Assembly (NCBI RefSeq): GCF_006345805.1
Contig: NC_043001.1
Coordinates: forward strand, 88,226,001-88,290,000
Direction: 5' to 3'
Source: Octopus sinensis
Lineage: Eukaryota
Length of the DNA stretch: 64,000 nt
Numbering within the stretch: the first letter of the stretch is position 1; every line of letters starts with the position of its first letter. This document shows, piece after piece, positions 21,862-36,281 of the stretch. The notes under the pieces are model-generated. The model was not told the origin of the DNA and searched no databases. It worked only from the letters and a program-made list of their open reading frames with translations. A program made the position numbers and the translations under genes.

Positions 21862-22255
21862 AAAATGCAGCTATGACCCAACTCAAAAAAGAGTTCATTA
21901 GGCCAATGTACGCCCCCACACTGCAAAGATCACATCACAGAAGATCGAAGAGCTTGGTTGGGAAAAAATTCCTCATCCACCTTATTCTCCTGACCTTGAT
22001 CCTTCAGACTACCATTTGTTTCATAGTTTACAGAATCATTTGGGGGACATAACTTTCGCAAGCCAGGAGGAGGTTGAAACTGACATTTCAGAGTTCTTCA
22101 CTTTGAAACCAAAAGAGTTTTACATTGATAGGATTAAAAAGCTTGTAAATAGATAATCAAGGAAAGTACATTGATGATTAAAATTTCAATTAAATATAAC
22201 ATTTGATCACTTGTTTTCTTTATTCAAAATTTGAACAGAACTTATGGGATGACAC
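21862..22255 (+). mobile_element. Mariner (DD34D) 3' fragment with TIR remnant
   Basis: NVRPHTAKI...GWEKIPHPPYSPDLDPSDYHLF with 34-residue spacing; ends gaacttatgggatgac. Confidence 0.9.
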
Positions 22256-23234
22256 ACATACACATTCCAGGTTAAATTATTCATAATTGGTGGTTCCCAA
22301 TGTTAATCTATACTATTTTCACTTATTTTTACTGAGTATCCTTATAATTGTTTTTTAAGTACCTTTTATATTGTTCATGTAAAATTAAAAATAAATTTTT
22401 TACAGCTTCTGGTTCTCATTTTTTCAGACATCATCCTGGGATTCAGCTATTGCATCATCAGTGATGTTTTCATGAAGCCATTAGGTGTTTCCAGTCTTCC
22501 AATATCAAACACCAGTATCTAGGTGGCCCAGCTGGGATTAATCAAGCCCCAGCTTGCCTCCTTTTACTGCTACCCTTGGTAGCACCACCCCTTCCAAGAT
22601 TTGCACCTCCTGATCCACAGGTATCTTGAAGCAACTTTTCCTGCATCCACAACCAAACCTGATGGCCTTTTACCTCAAAGCATAAATCTGAAGTGAGTAT
22701 AATGAAAGTGTAGAGGGATCTGAATAGAAGTAGTACCTTTTGGTGTATGGCAGCTGCATCTTACCAGGAATGATCAGGTGGACAGGCATCACTAGTTCTC
22801 ATTCAGCTCCTTACCTGTCACTTGATGGCTCCTAGCACCACACCCTGGTACTCCACTTCAGCTTGTGGGTTAAACCAGGTGAGGGAATGGTGTTAACATT
22901 GCATTAGTAGGTGAGAGACACTGGCTAAGGCTTCCCAAGGAAACATGCTCAGGTCAATGGTCTAGTATTCAGAGCCAAGGCATGTCTTAAGTAGAGGCAT
23001 ATGGTTGCAGCTTGGAGAGAAACAGGTGCCTGGATTGATTATTGCACTTGTTAACATCAAAGCGTGGACATGCCTCAATTTTGCCAACTCACAGAGGGCA
23101 GTGGAAAACTGAGAAAAGTGGCAAAATTTGGTTGTGATGTTATCAACAAATGCCAATCTCTCAACATCCGCATGGTTAATGGATAGGATGGAAGGATAAT
23201 GAATGTCAGAAGATGTTTAAAAAAACATTACACT

Positions 23235-24305
23235 TGTAGCAATATCGTCTCTCAGTGCTATCTTCACTGTTTGAGAAGAGTATATAGAATGACCTCGGTC
23301 GAGATTACAAACAGCTTTGGCTGGTTCAACATTGATGTAAACACTAATTCGATTGGCTGACACGTTGGTCTCTACTACGCTCGCACCGCTGGTTATAACT
23401 TGGCGCAAAATGTCTCGACTTATTTTCGCGCCATAGTCCAAGCAGCCAATCACAGCTTTCCATTTCGGAAGTTCATTGGGAGCCATGTAAAGCCTATAAA
23501 TAAGGTTTCTCAGAAGAATATTCGTCTTAGGTTTCCAGTCCTTCTAAGGGCGAACCTCTGACCACACACAGCTCGTCTTAGGCTTTTAGTTCTTTTAAGA
23601 GCTAAGTCTCTGACCACACAGAGATACTCGACCAAGTTCCAGTTTCGAGGCAGGCGACCACCATTAATACAAGATGTTACAGATACCTAACATACTGTTA
23701 GTGTGAAATATCACCATGAAGAAAACGGTTACAAGATATCTATAACTAGAGAAAAATTACCAAGCAGAACATATGATGAAGAAGCAGCAAGAACCAATCG
23801 ACAAACATCGAAGATTTAAATTGTACACGAGACAACTACAGATTCAACTATAGCGGTTAGGTGAAATTCTCGCCACGAAGAAAACGGCTACAGAAACATG
23901 TCTGGAAGTATATTCATATCAAGAGAAAGATAAACACAACGAGTGATTCAATTAATCTCAACTGCGACATGCAATATCTTGATATGGAACTCTTACAGTG
24001 TACCTCATAAACGGTAAATCAATTATCTGTTTCTTGGGTTCTAGTTTCTTCTAAGAACTACCTTAAGCCATCTGTTATTACCTGTTGCCAAGCCGATACC
24101 AACAACATTAACTGTGAATCAAATCCCATCGTCAATTCACTGGTCAGTACCTTTTTACGCCTAACGAACACACAGACACAAAAACATGCGAACACTTACA
24201 AACTTCCAACATCAAACATGATTGTAAAATATGTAAAATAAATAATGTATATATCTTAAAAAGAAATCTTGTTGTCATTCCAAACTTATGTGTATTGCCG
24301 CTGCA
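23235..24305 (+). mobile_element. Solo-LTR-like block with CCAAT boxes, TATA box and poly(A) signal
   Basis: TGTAGC...GCTGCA ends; ATTGG at 23352 and 23475, CCAAT at 23446, TATAAAT at 23495, AATAAA at 24237; internal ~51-bp tandem duplication; no TSD found. Confidence 0.45.
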
Positions 24306-24575
24306 TGTAAAATATAGTCAGTAATATATTATTAAGAATAGGAGAACGTTCTTATTTTTATACACTTAAATGTATAACTGCTCCTGACTTAGTTTGAAAA
24401 ATAGAGAGAGAAAAATAAGTAACAGATTTGCATAGTACTGAGATCAATATGATTGACTAAACTCTTGAAGGTGATGTCTCAGCAGAGCTGCAGTTCATGA
24501 AATGAGTAAAATATTTAAGAATATCAATGCGTTTGTGAGTTCATATATGTGTTCATGTATGCATATGTGTATGTA

Positions 24576-24607
<32 letters not shown>

Positions 24608-25793
24608 TGTGTGTGTGTGTGCAAGTATTTGTATGTGTATCAGTGAGAAAATGAATTAACCATTGCTTTTAAACTATTTGCACAACAGATGTAGTTGCAA
24701 CAAACAAAACTCAACACGTGACTTAGCATTTTATAATATTGATAAACTGCAGTTTGTGTGTTGCATATGTGTATATATGTATAAAAATTAAAAAAAATAA
24801 AAATATAGCTATTCAATTAATATAAAATAGCATTTCATATGTTAGGTATGAGAAGTGGTGAGTCCTGATTTAAATTAGCTAGCAATACATAACAGGTTTA
24901 AAATGTCAACATTTGATGAGAGCATGGTTTTACATATGAGTATGAATACCAGTTCTTTCTAAAAGTTACACATGACCAAAGCAGATAATTTCACTTTGGT
25001 ATAAATGAGAGAAGCTAAAACATTTTTGTTAATTTTTTTATTTATTTATTTATTTTGCATGATTATTCAGCTTGAAAACAGGCCTAATGGTTTAGACAAG
25101 CTGAAAAGAGAGTGCCATGATGAAGACTGAAAAAAAAACCCAACAAAAAGCTCCATTGGTTTCTGTGGTACTTTGAAGGAAGAGAATGAAGGAAACGTTA
25201 AAACAGCTTGCTCCTGGTTAACAGCTCGGTAACACACGAATGATCCACTCTATGGTTACACAATTGCATATAAAAGGCATTCATATAGAAAGTGAAAGGG
25301 TAAATCAATTCAGTCTTCTATAATAACGTTAGCTTGGAATAGTCGATTATTTGGGTTAGTTCATTTCTTGCATAATTTTAGCTTCCATCATGGGAATAAT
25401 AAGGAATGTTCAATCCATGACACTGATGGTTAAAAATTGAGTTGCAAAACACTATTGATAAATAAATTTTATTCAAAATAAGATTGCAGTTTTAGCAGCA
25501 AAGCCCATGTATTTTTCAATATTTCTTTTTTCCACTTCAAAAGTGTGAGGGATTATTTTCACCATCACCACACTAGCAAATTGGCTCCAGATCCTACAGT
25601 CAAAGAATAGATGTGTCATTGGTTATTGCTGGTTCTCATTTAAATAAACTGGAAATAAAATATATTAGGCTAAGTCCATATCATTAGTATGCACTTTTTT
25701 CTTTTATCATAAGCAATTCACTACAACACACACACAAGCACGTATGCAAGCTTGCATATATATATATATATATTTATATATATACACACACAT

Positions 25794-25839
<46 letters not shown>

Positions 25840-25974
25840 TCATTCATTCATTTGAAGCATAAACATTGCTCCTCTAATGTTCTGACTTGTGTATTTTTAT
25901 CTCATTCTTTAAGATGACTGGAAGAAAGGGATAAAAATGAGAAACTTGGAGTAATGATGGAACGAATCTTCAGT

Positions 25975-26442
25975 TTCATGTATGCATGGCTGTATGGTTA
26001 AGAAGTTTACTTTCTAACCACATGATTTCAAAATCAGTCCTCCTTCATGGCATCTTGGCCAAGTGTCTTCTAGTGTAGCCTGAGCCAATCAAAACCTTGT
26101 AAGTGGATTTGGTTGACAGAAACTGAAAGAAAGGCAGCGAGCTGGCAGAAACGTTAGCACACTGGGCAAAATGCTTATTGGTATTTCGTCTGCCGTTACA
26201 TTCTGAGTTCAAATTCCACCGAGGTTGACTTTGCCTTTCATCTTTTCGAGGTCGATAAATTAATATATATATATATGTGTGTGTGTGTACATATAGGCTT
26301 AGTCCATATCGCTTACCAACAACATGGTTCCAGGTTCAGTCCCACTGCGTGGCACCTTGGGTAAGTGTCGTCTACTATAGCCTTGGGCCAACCAAAGCCT
26401 TGTGAGTGGATTTGGTTGACAGAAACTGAAAGAAGCCCGTCG

Positions 26443-26487
<45 letters not shown>

Positions 26488-26690
26488 TTGTTGTATCTGT
26501 GTTTGTCCCCCCAACATTGCTTGACAACTGATGGTGATGTGTTTACATCCCCATAACTTTGCGGTTCGGCAAAAGAGACCAATAGAATAAGTACTAGGCT
26601 CACAAAGAATAAGTCCTGGGGTTGATTTCCTCGACTAAAGGCAGTGATCCAGCATGGCTACAGTCAAATAACTGAAACAAGTAAAAGAGT
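25975..26690 (+). mobile_element. SINE cluster: family B head, family A (26135-26262), family B (26300-26690)
   Basis: Similarity to 891-1086 and 1197-1620. Confidence 0.85.
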
Positions 26691-26905
26691 AATATATATA
26701 TATATATATATATATCAAATGAATAATGACACATGATGAATAATTGTCCAGTGAAGGTTGGCTTGTGGTATACAGATGTCCTGATCTCATGCTCAGTGTG
26801 TGCTATTAATATGTCCAGGAATGCCAGCTGATTGTCTTTTCCTTTTCCATTGTGAATTGTATGGATGGCAGTAGTACTTTGGTTGGGTTCAAAATTCCAT
26901 CAGAA

Positions 26906-26946
26906 CACCTGCTGAAGGCTGGAGAGTACACCAGCCGAAACATGAT
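26906..26946 (+). ncRNA. Degenerate hammerhead motif
   Basis: CAC-CTGCTGA-A-GGCTGG-agagtaca-CCAGCC-GAAAC-AT; perfect 6-bp stem II, but core position 6 and stem III are altered. Confidence 0.4.
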
Positions 26947-28739
26947 AACAACAAACAAGATGGGGACATTTGTTGAGGACGTCCATTGTAAATAATATAT
27001 ATAATTCCTTATCTCAAAAATATAAAATAGTAATATCAATCTGATTCAGTTCTACATAGGTATGTAGGACACATCCATCTCATCTGCCCCCAAACATCTG
27101 ATTTGATGAACATGTCCTACATTGAGCTGACTCAAACTATAATCAAATATATATACATATTAACATACAGTTGGTACACACTTAACATACAGTTGGTACA
27201 TCCCTGAGGCAAGCTCTGTCAAGGAAAAATACCACAGAGATCACTGTGGGGTGCACAGTCACCAACTGCCCCATCAACGACATTAAAATTTGAGGGCCTA
27301 TGTAGTATACAAGGTAATCTGCAATAAATGTGGTGCATCCTACATAGGGAGCACCACTAGGAAACTATGCATCTGTATAAAGGAGCATATACAGACAGAC
27401 ACCTCTATAAAGAAATGCCTTAGGAAGTGCCTTTCATCCTTTCGGGGTCGATAAATTAATTACTAGTGGGGTCAATGTAATCAACTTATCTCTGCACCTG
27501 AAATTGCTGGCCTTGTGGCTATAGTAGAAATAATTATTATTATTAGCATTATCATTATTAATATTATCAATGTTACCACTGGTCATATTATCATAGTAAT
27601 TATCACTATCATTAGGATGGCTGTTAGCCATAGCATTAGGACCACCATCAATAGTATTCTCATGAAGGGTAGTATTATGGCTGTTGTTTGCATTTCCATT
27701 ACTAGGCTTAATATTAATGTCAACGTTATGGCAGATGTACTTATTATTATTCTTATTATTATAATCATTTTTATTATATTTATTATTTTCCTTAGGAGTG
27801 TTATGTGTTTATTAGATGAGGCTATGGTGGATTCAATATTAGGCAGTGAGGTGTAGGATAATTTGAGGGTGGATCAATTAAAGATCAAGTGGTACTTATG
27901 GTAGGGAGGAAAGTTGGAATTGATGATATTGAAAAAAAAGGGTGGGTAAGCCCTTAACATTTAAGGAGAAGGGCGGAGTATACCAAAGTAGGGTTCTCTC
28001 TGCCATTTTTATTAGGTAACCTCATGGGTGCAGAATCATGTTTTTATCTAAGAAATAGTGATATATCTTTAGAACAACAGTAGAGAATTACATGCTGAGA
28101 TTTAAAAAAAAGTTTTGTACATTTTCCCTGATTTGCTAACAAAATAAATTTGCAGAACACAAATTTGGTGGGCGTGTAAAAACATTAAATTATCCAAACT
28201 TTTACTTAAACACTCAATAACATAAACGAATGCATTAATAATTACAGATAAACATTATAACATTTGTAATATGAGTAGAGAAGTTGAATACAGCAAGCTG
28301 AATATGTCTACAAATATCTACCACCTTAATCTGAATCAATTGTTAATTATCAACAGTGTGGCTGACTCTTAGAAGTATATAATTTCCATGTTCTGTTCTA
28401 AACAACCATGCAATGGTTATTGTTTTTACATCTGGTGCAAATTTTGCTGCAAATGTTCCACATCAGTTTTCCTTATGTTAGAAAATTGAATATACTGAAC
28501 AAAAGGTATGTGTGTAAGTTTGCCTGCATAATGTGTGTGCGTGTGGTACTTGATAAAGCATGTACAAGTCTTGGAGAACAAATGAATGAATGATGGCAAT
28601 TTTAATGAAAGGGAAAATTAATCGTACTTGTCAATCTACTACCTGCTGTCCAAGCATGGCTCACGCATACAGATGCAGCTAGATTGTGATCAACAAAGAA
28701 CAAAGAAGCCTTATCACAGAAAACAAGCCACTTTCTTTC

Positions 28740-31700
28740 ATAGATTTCAAAACATGTAGACATGATGAAAGGTTGTGAGATTGAAGAAATACTGGAGCAG
28801 AGATGAATGGATGTCAGCTGTATGCAAAAGGTAAGATGGAAAAGGTCTTCAATTAAACTTCTCACCAGTAAGAAGCAGCAATTTAAATTCTTCTGAGTGA
28901 ACAATAGTGATGACAGAGGTTGAGTAGGTATACTGTTAGCTGGAAGACAGATAGATAAATTAATAGAGGTGTGTGATAGGATAAATAGTTAAACTAATTG
29001 TAGGTATCAAAGGAGCAACATGTATCTCAGCATATGACACACAACTGTATCAGCCAGAACAGAAGGATCACTTCCCTGAGAACCTCCTGTAGATTACCTC
29101 AGTTATGTGTGACAGTGACTTCATTGTTATAGCTGGAGACTTTAACAGACATGTTGGTCAGCATATTGGTGGCTTTTGCAATGTACATAGAAACTATGGT
29201 TAAGTCTCAAGGAATGAGGCAAATGTAAGGCTTATGGAGTTTTGTGGAGCAACTGATCTAAAATTTGCGACACACTCTTTAAGAAACCATCCAGCCACCT
29301 CATCACCTACCAATCTAGTGAACATAAAAGTCAGGTAGATTACATTCTCACCAGGAAATGGGACAGAAGGATTATTATGAATACCAAAACCTTTTTTGGT
29401 GAAGAATGCATTATGCGACATAGGTTTGTGGCTTGTAACTTTTGTGTCAGGATTAGGTAGAAACAAAAAAAAGTAAAACAACATGGTGAAGGAAGGTTTA
29501 GAAATTAAAAGATCCAGCAATTGGGAATAAGTTTAGAGGAATTCTAATTAAGGTAAACTTACCGTCGCTATAGAACAAAAGAATCTGGCTTGGAAGTGCT
29601 ATTATGAAAAGCTGCTGAATGTGGAGAATGTATGGAATAAACAGGGATTATTTCATGCTAACCCAATAAAAGGACCAACAATTCAAGTTGACAGCAATGT
29701 GGTAGATAAGTAATCAAGGATATGAATAGGGAAAAAGGCTCTGGTTTATTGGAAATAATTGCAGAGATGCTTAAAATAACTGGGGAAGTGGGATGCAAGA
29801 CCCTCTGGATAGTTAATCAAGTCATTCAGGAGGGTTCTATACCCAATAACTGGCATAGTAGTATCATCATAAGCTGCTGCAAGGGTAAAGGTGATACCTT
29901 AAAGAGAAGCAGCTATAAGGGAATCAAAGTTCTAGATCAAGTTATGAACCTCATGGAGAAAGTCATAGCCTACTTGATCTGTTATAGAGTTGACCTGGAT
30001 GAGATGCTGCTTGGCTTTTCCCCCAGAAGAGAGACCATAGATACAATCTTCCTAGTGAGGCAACTACATAGAAATACCTAGCTTTCATTGATTTGCAGAA
30101 AGCCTTTGACAGGGTACTATGTCCAGTAATCTAGTGGGCACTGATGGATCTAGGTGTAGATGAATGGCTTATGTATGTAATTCAAGCTATGTAAATGGAT
30201 GTAGCAAGTAAAGTGAAAGTTCTGTGATAAATTTAGTATGAAGTAGGAGTCCATAAGCCGTCACAGAGGAGCTTCTATATGCTGAGGATCCAGTTCTCAA
30301 GGTTGCATCCATAGGGGAATTAAAGAAGGAATTCCAGGCATGACAGCTAAATGTGGAAGTGAGAGGCCTTAAGTTAAAAATAGCAAAGATGGAGGTTTTA
30401 GTAAGCAAGAAAGAAAATAGAACCCTGGTACTTACAGGAAAATACCCTTGCTTGATATGCAGAAAAGGAATAGGAATAAACTCCATATACATACTTGATG
30501 TAAGATATGGACATACAAGTGTTGTAGTGGAATTCAAAATGCAAACTTCACATGCAGTAAATGCACTGGAACAGTTCATACAAGCACAATGGAAATTAAA
30601 TCTCTTAAATACCCAGATGGCTCACAAGAAATAGTTGATAGGTTTTGTTATCTAGGAGATATAATTATCATGGGAGATGGTTGCCCCGAAAGTATTATAA
30701 CTAGAGTGAGAACTGGCTGGGGAAAGATCAGGGAGCTATTACCACTGCTGACAACAAAGATCTTTTTCCCAAGAGTGAAGGGCAGACTGAATGATGTTTG
30801 TGTTTGAACTTCAATGCTGCATGGTAGTGAGACATGGACCTTGAATGCAGAAGACTTGAGAAGATGAGAAAGATATTTAGCAAACATATTCTGTTGGATG
30901 TACAATGTGAGGGTGCATAAAAGAATTAGTACAAAGATGCTGAGTAAAAGAGGAATAAGACTGCACTGATATTGACATATAGTGTGTATTGATGAAGATA
31001 GCTGTATAAAGAAATGACAATTGCTAAATGTGGCTGGAACTCTGCAGAAGAGGGAGACACAGGAAAACATGGGATGAAATTGTTAAGGCTGGCCTCAGAA
31101 ACTTAAGCTTGACAGAGGAGATGACAAAGGACTGAGATCTCTGGCAGTATGAGGTTCTTGAGAAGACCTACCTTCATCAGTGGAACTGTGTTCTGAAAGT
31201 GCTATATATTGTGCTCTTCACCCACAATACAGTGACTCATCCTCTTCCATGTATTAAGCCTACCTCTCCACCCTGCCACTCAGCTCCTGCAGACTACCAA
31301 CCATGTCGTTCCTCCTTCTTGTGTCCTTCCCTGACAACTGTATGCTCTCTACTACTCTTGTTGCTTTCTCCACTTCTCCACTCTCTTCAGCATCCCACTA
31401 TATCCCCCAACTAAGAGCTCCTTGTTCACCCACCCTTCAACCATACCCATTTTGGTTGTTTATTTCCCCATTCCCACATTCTCATTGCAAAATGATTCTT
31501 CAACTCACCTTATGCCTAGTGGGGTCACCAAGGTGCCTCATCACCATTATGTAGCTCTTGAAGCTCTTACTGTTCATCTTGTCTTTCTTTCCCCCTCCCC
31601 AACAAGATGTGAGTAGCCATGCAGATCCTTTACAAGAACCTACTCTTCCCTACTGCCACTTCTCATCAACAGTCAATCCCCTTACTGTCTTACATAAATC

Positions 31701-31950
31701 TGACATTTCTCCCACCCCAAGGTTTGTAGTTCTGTGAGTTGCATAGTGGCCTCATTAGTGCGGATGGCACAAAAAAAGCACCCAGTCTACATTACAGAGG
31801 GGTTAGCATTAGGAAGGTCAGTCAACCATAGAAGCCATGCAAAAAAGTGACACTGGAGCCTGATGCAGACCTTGCACACATCAGATCCTATGAAAATATC
31901 CAACCCATGCCAGCATGAAGCAGATGTTAACTAATAATGATGATAATACA
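28740..31950 (+). mobile_element. Old, decayed RTE LINE related to the 10.4-14.9 kb element
   Basis: Fragments of APE, RT (IISCCKGKGDTLKRSSYKGIKVLDQVM), PHD remnant (KYPCLICRKGIGINSI), C-terminus and 3' tail ending gatgataata. Confidence 0.9.
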
Positions 31951-31954
31951 TATA

Positions 31955-32045
31955 TATACTTATATACATACATGCATGCACATATATATATATAGATGTT
32001 ACTTCAGCATGACTGAAACAAGTAAAAGAATAAAAGAATATATAA

Positions 32046-32112
<67 letters not shown>

Positions 32113-32407
32113 CACATACATACATGCATATATACATACATATGTATATATACATATACATACATATATATATATGTATGTATGCATGTATGTATGTATA
32201 TGTGTGTGTGCGTGTGTGGTGTGTGTGTACCTGAGTGTCTGCTGAAGAGTTCCTGGCTTTGGGTAAAAGAAAATACCAAGAAGGTATTCACACACTTATT
32301 GCAGCAGTCCTTCAATTTTGCTAAGCCCTGTAAAAGAACTCAGGAGGTTGGGCCTCCTACCAGGCCTTTCACAATACCCTTAAAGCCAAGAACTTTTCAG
32401 TACCCCA

Positions 32408-32490
<83 letters not shown>

Positions 32491-32500
32491 AACACATACA
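31955..32500. repeat. Compound (TA)/(TACA)/(CA) microsatellites
   Basis: Direct inspection. Confidence 0.9.
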
Positions 32501-34399
32501 TACATACACATGTAGGTTTGTATGTAAGCATATATATGTATGTGAGTTTTGTGTATATGCATTCATACACCATCATTTTAACATTCACTTTTCCATACTT
32601 GTGTTGGCCAGACCGAATTTGTTGAGGCAGATTTCCTATTACTCTCTTGTCATTAAATTTTATTTGTTTTTCAAGCAAATTGATAAATGATATTTCCCTG
32701 TGGTCAGGCATGTTTTCACAGAAGATTAGAAATTAGTAATATCATTTGTGTGATGGTGATTCTCATTTACAACTGTTGCATGATATCAAGACAAGACTAG
32801 AATACACCCCCCCCCCCCACACACATGCATGCACACGTACACACACACACACATACACGCACACAAGTTTATTTCAGTTTCTGTGTATTAAATTCATTCA
32901 AAGGGTTATGTCTACCTGGGGCTATAGGTGAACAATACTAGCTCAAGGTTCCATGCAATGAGACTGAACCTGATTACATGGCACCTAGGGTAAATGCCCT
33001 CTACTATAGCCCCGGACTGCCTGCAAGCAAAAAACGACACGTCAAGATACATATCATCCCATCAAAATGGTCTATTAATTATTTGATAGAGATTTATAAA
33101 ATAATTATCCAATTGAAAGATGTACTGAGGTTGCTTGGTAAAAGAAGTAGAATGATGCATCGTTCTGTAACCAGATCAAACCATAATGATTTCCTTAACA
33201 AGTGCTACATGATTGTCATGAAGTCCTGCTGGAGAATACAAAAGGTATCTCCTTTTATCTTCCTTCCCAGTATTTTTTAGAAAACTCTATCTTGTTACTT
33301 ATTTAAGCCCTTCATTCCCTATGGAGCATAGACCATTAACAACTTTTCTCAACTCTGGGTTGTCCTTAATATGTGGCCTATGCTCCTGAGAGAAGACCTT
33401 CCTCTCCTGGGTTTTGTTGGTTTTGAAATATCATTGAAGCTTCTGTAACATTTTTTTTTTTCAGGTTAGGTAGGGACATAAAATTGGGTCTGGCCCTACA
33501 TAAGCCCATTTTCATCTCTGGGAAGAGCTTATCTGGCCTTTATCCTTTGACCAGTCAGGCATGGGTGGTGGTTGTAACAAGAGCTTGCATTTTACTGGCA
33601 TAGCTCTCTGTGTCATTGAGATACACAAGTCACCAACTGCAACCAGAACTGGATCAACACTATCTTGTTGGCTATAGCTAAATCTGAAAGAGGGATAAAA
33701 AGAAAAAAAGTGAAAAAGAGAGACAGATAGACAAATAGAAAAAATGAGAGAGAGAGAGAAAGAAAGAAGAAGGAAAGAAAGAAAGAGAGAAAGAGAGAAA
33801 GAGAATAATTTACCTAGTATTTGATTGATACATGATATAGCAATCACAAAAGTATGAAAGCCACAACAGACCCTAACAAGATTTTAATTCATGACACAAA
33901 GGGATGGAACAATAGTCCATCATTAAAGCACTTCTTCCAAAATGCCAACAAATCCACCAATTAAACCAAACCCCTTAAAGTTGGTGCCCCAGCATGGCCA
34001 AACATGGATAGCTGAAAACCAGTAAACTAATTCCTTATAATTCCTTTATTTAAACTCAAATTTTTAATCCCATCAAATATTACAAAGAAATTATTATCTC
34101 CCTTGTAATAAGTGCAACCTCTAGGGAAACCACATGTGAATAAAGCAAGTTTGATATCATCCTTCTATGTTCTAAGTTCAAATCGCATCTGATATGCTTT
34201 CACCTTCCATAGCTCTGTTGTCAATGTAACAACATGATCAAAGGATGCAGATTCTTTTGATGCTGTCAAACTTTAAACTGAATAAGATTAAATATTTACA
34301 ATGTTTTAGTTTCAATTAATAAAACAAATACCAGTAATATATTGTGGTTAATCTAGTCAACCTGTATCTTTTTCAAAACATGGCCTTGTTCCTGAGTAT

Positions 34400-34418
34400 C
34401 TGCCTGTCTATCTGTCAG

Positions 34419-34502
<84 letters not shown>

Positions 34503-34612
34503 ACTATCTATCTATCTATCTATCTGTCTATCTATCTATCTACACACACACATACACACACATACATTCATACATACATACATACATACATACATACATA
34601 CATACATGCATG

Positions 34613-34648
<36 letters not shown>

Positions 34649-35113
34649 ACACACACACAAATACGTATGTATGTATGTATGTATGCATGTATGTATGTAT
34701 GTATGTATGTATGTATGTATGTATGTATGTATGTATGTCTGTATGTATGTATGTATGAATATATGCATGCATGTATGAGAGAGAGAGATAGAGAGGAAAA
34801 GAGAGAGAGAGAAGAAAGAGAGAGAAGTAAGTGGGGGAAAAGATAGCCATCCAAGTGTATCAGTTCGAGGGTAGCAGCTTGATATTGATTGTACAATGAC
34901 AACAGGTTTCAATTGTTAAACAAACACAAAGCAACATAGGTTCTGTCACTTAATCAATCGACTCATATTTGATAGACAGATAAGCAGATGCATGGATGGA
35001 TGCATGGATGGGGAAGGATGGTTGGGTGGATGGATGGTTAGAAAGACAACTGAATGATAGAGAACTAGATAGAGGACAGATAGTTAGATAGATAGATTGA
35101 TAGATAGATAGAT

Positions 35114-35144
<31 letters not shown>

Positions 35145-35191
35145 TAGATAGATAGATAGATAGATAGATGCTTTGCTGGCTTGTTGGCTGG

Positions 35192-35235
<44 letters not shown>
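34400..35235. repeat. (TCTA)/(TACA)/(TATG)/(AGAT)/(TA) microsatellite block
   Basis: Direct inspection. Confidence 0.92.
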
Positions 35236-35239
<4 letters not shown>

Positions 35240-35293
35240 GAAAATATTAAAATTACTAAGTCTCTCTAAAGGAGATTACGGCAGCGTTATGGA

Positions 35294-35407
35294 TATTAAT
35301 AATTATCACCATACTAATATGGCAGTCTATAAATATAAGACTAAAGCTAATCAGCGACAGCTTTAGTCTTATATTTATAGACTGCCATATTAGTATGGTG
35401 ATAACTA

Positions 35408-35413
<6 letters not shown>
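35294..35413. repeat. 55-bp-arm hairpin with 10-nt loop and one mismatch, between (TA)n tracts
   Basis: Arms 35294-35348 and 35359-35413. Confidence 0.92.
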
Positions 35414-35493
<80 letters not shown>

Positions 35494-35496
<3 letters not shown>

Positions 35497-36281
35497 GGTG
35501 CAGTAAATATATTGTCGCCTAAATTACACAAAAATGAAAATAAGATTGATATCTCATTTTAACAGATATATATTACCAAAATTACGTTAAAAAAATCATG
35601 AAATACTAAAGAGTAAATTTTTCAATAAAATCGCCATTTGCTTCAACCATGGCCTCCAGACGACTTTGGAATCTCCTGCAACTCTTCTGGTTGGTCACCT
35701 TTATAAAGTTGGTGAATGCTGCCATAAACCCATGCCTTCATTCATCTTTGCTGTTGCAAGGAGTTTTGTTGGTATCTCCCTCAACTGCACCCCACACATA
35801 ATAAACAAGGGGGCTGTAGTCTGGGGAGTTAGGTGGCTAGATGTTAGGGGTGATGTGGTCGCAGAAATTGTCTGACAGTCATGACTGGGTTTTCCTACAT
35901 GTCTGGCATGGTGCAGAGACCTGTAACCAGACGTAGTGTCTTCCAGCAGCTACCCTCTTGACTCGGGCTAGCACTAGCTCCTCCAAGCACTTAACGTAAT
36001 GGAGGCATGATATCGCCATGACTAGTGTTCACTCCAAACACCGTGATGTTGACTGGATTTTTTTATTTTTATCACTCTGAGCTTCCAGTGCAAATGTCAG
36101 GCAGTACAGCATGTTGTTTCCAAATTTCTGGCAGAGTATTGCGTCATGGTGCTGTTTTTTTTTGTCGCAGATGGTGCCTAACTGACCCTACTATATTGTG
36201 TAGTCAACAAAATCAAAAACAAACAATGTGCATTCATGAAATTAAAAATGTAAAATGGCAACAATTTACCCATGCACCCTG
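35494..36281 (-). mobile_element. Internally deleted DD37D (maT) element with both TIRs
   Basis: CAGGGTGCA...ttgtcgcc / ggcaacaa...tgcaccctg TIRs; remnant NFCDHITPNI*PPNSPDYSPLVYYVWG. Confidence 0.85.

Noticed and set aside
22400-22460. CTGATGA...GAAA on the minus strand (similar isolated hits near 31170, 40767, 46576, 55407)
   Set aside because: No pairable stems I-III; chance heptamer matches
23217-23486. 89-aa minus-strand ORF MAPNELPKW...
   Set aside because: No recognisable domain; likely a shadow ORF of the GC-richer LTR-like block
33100-33260. Candidate exon (DVLRLLGKRSR... on +, or GLHDNHVALVKEII on -)
   Set aside because: Ambiguous strand and weak splice sites, no recognised family
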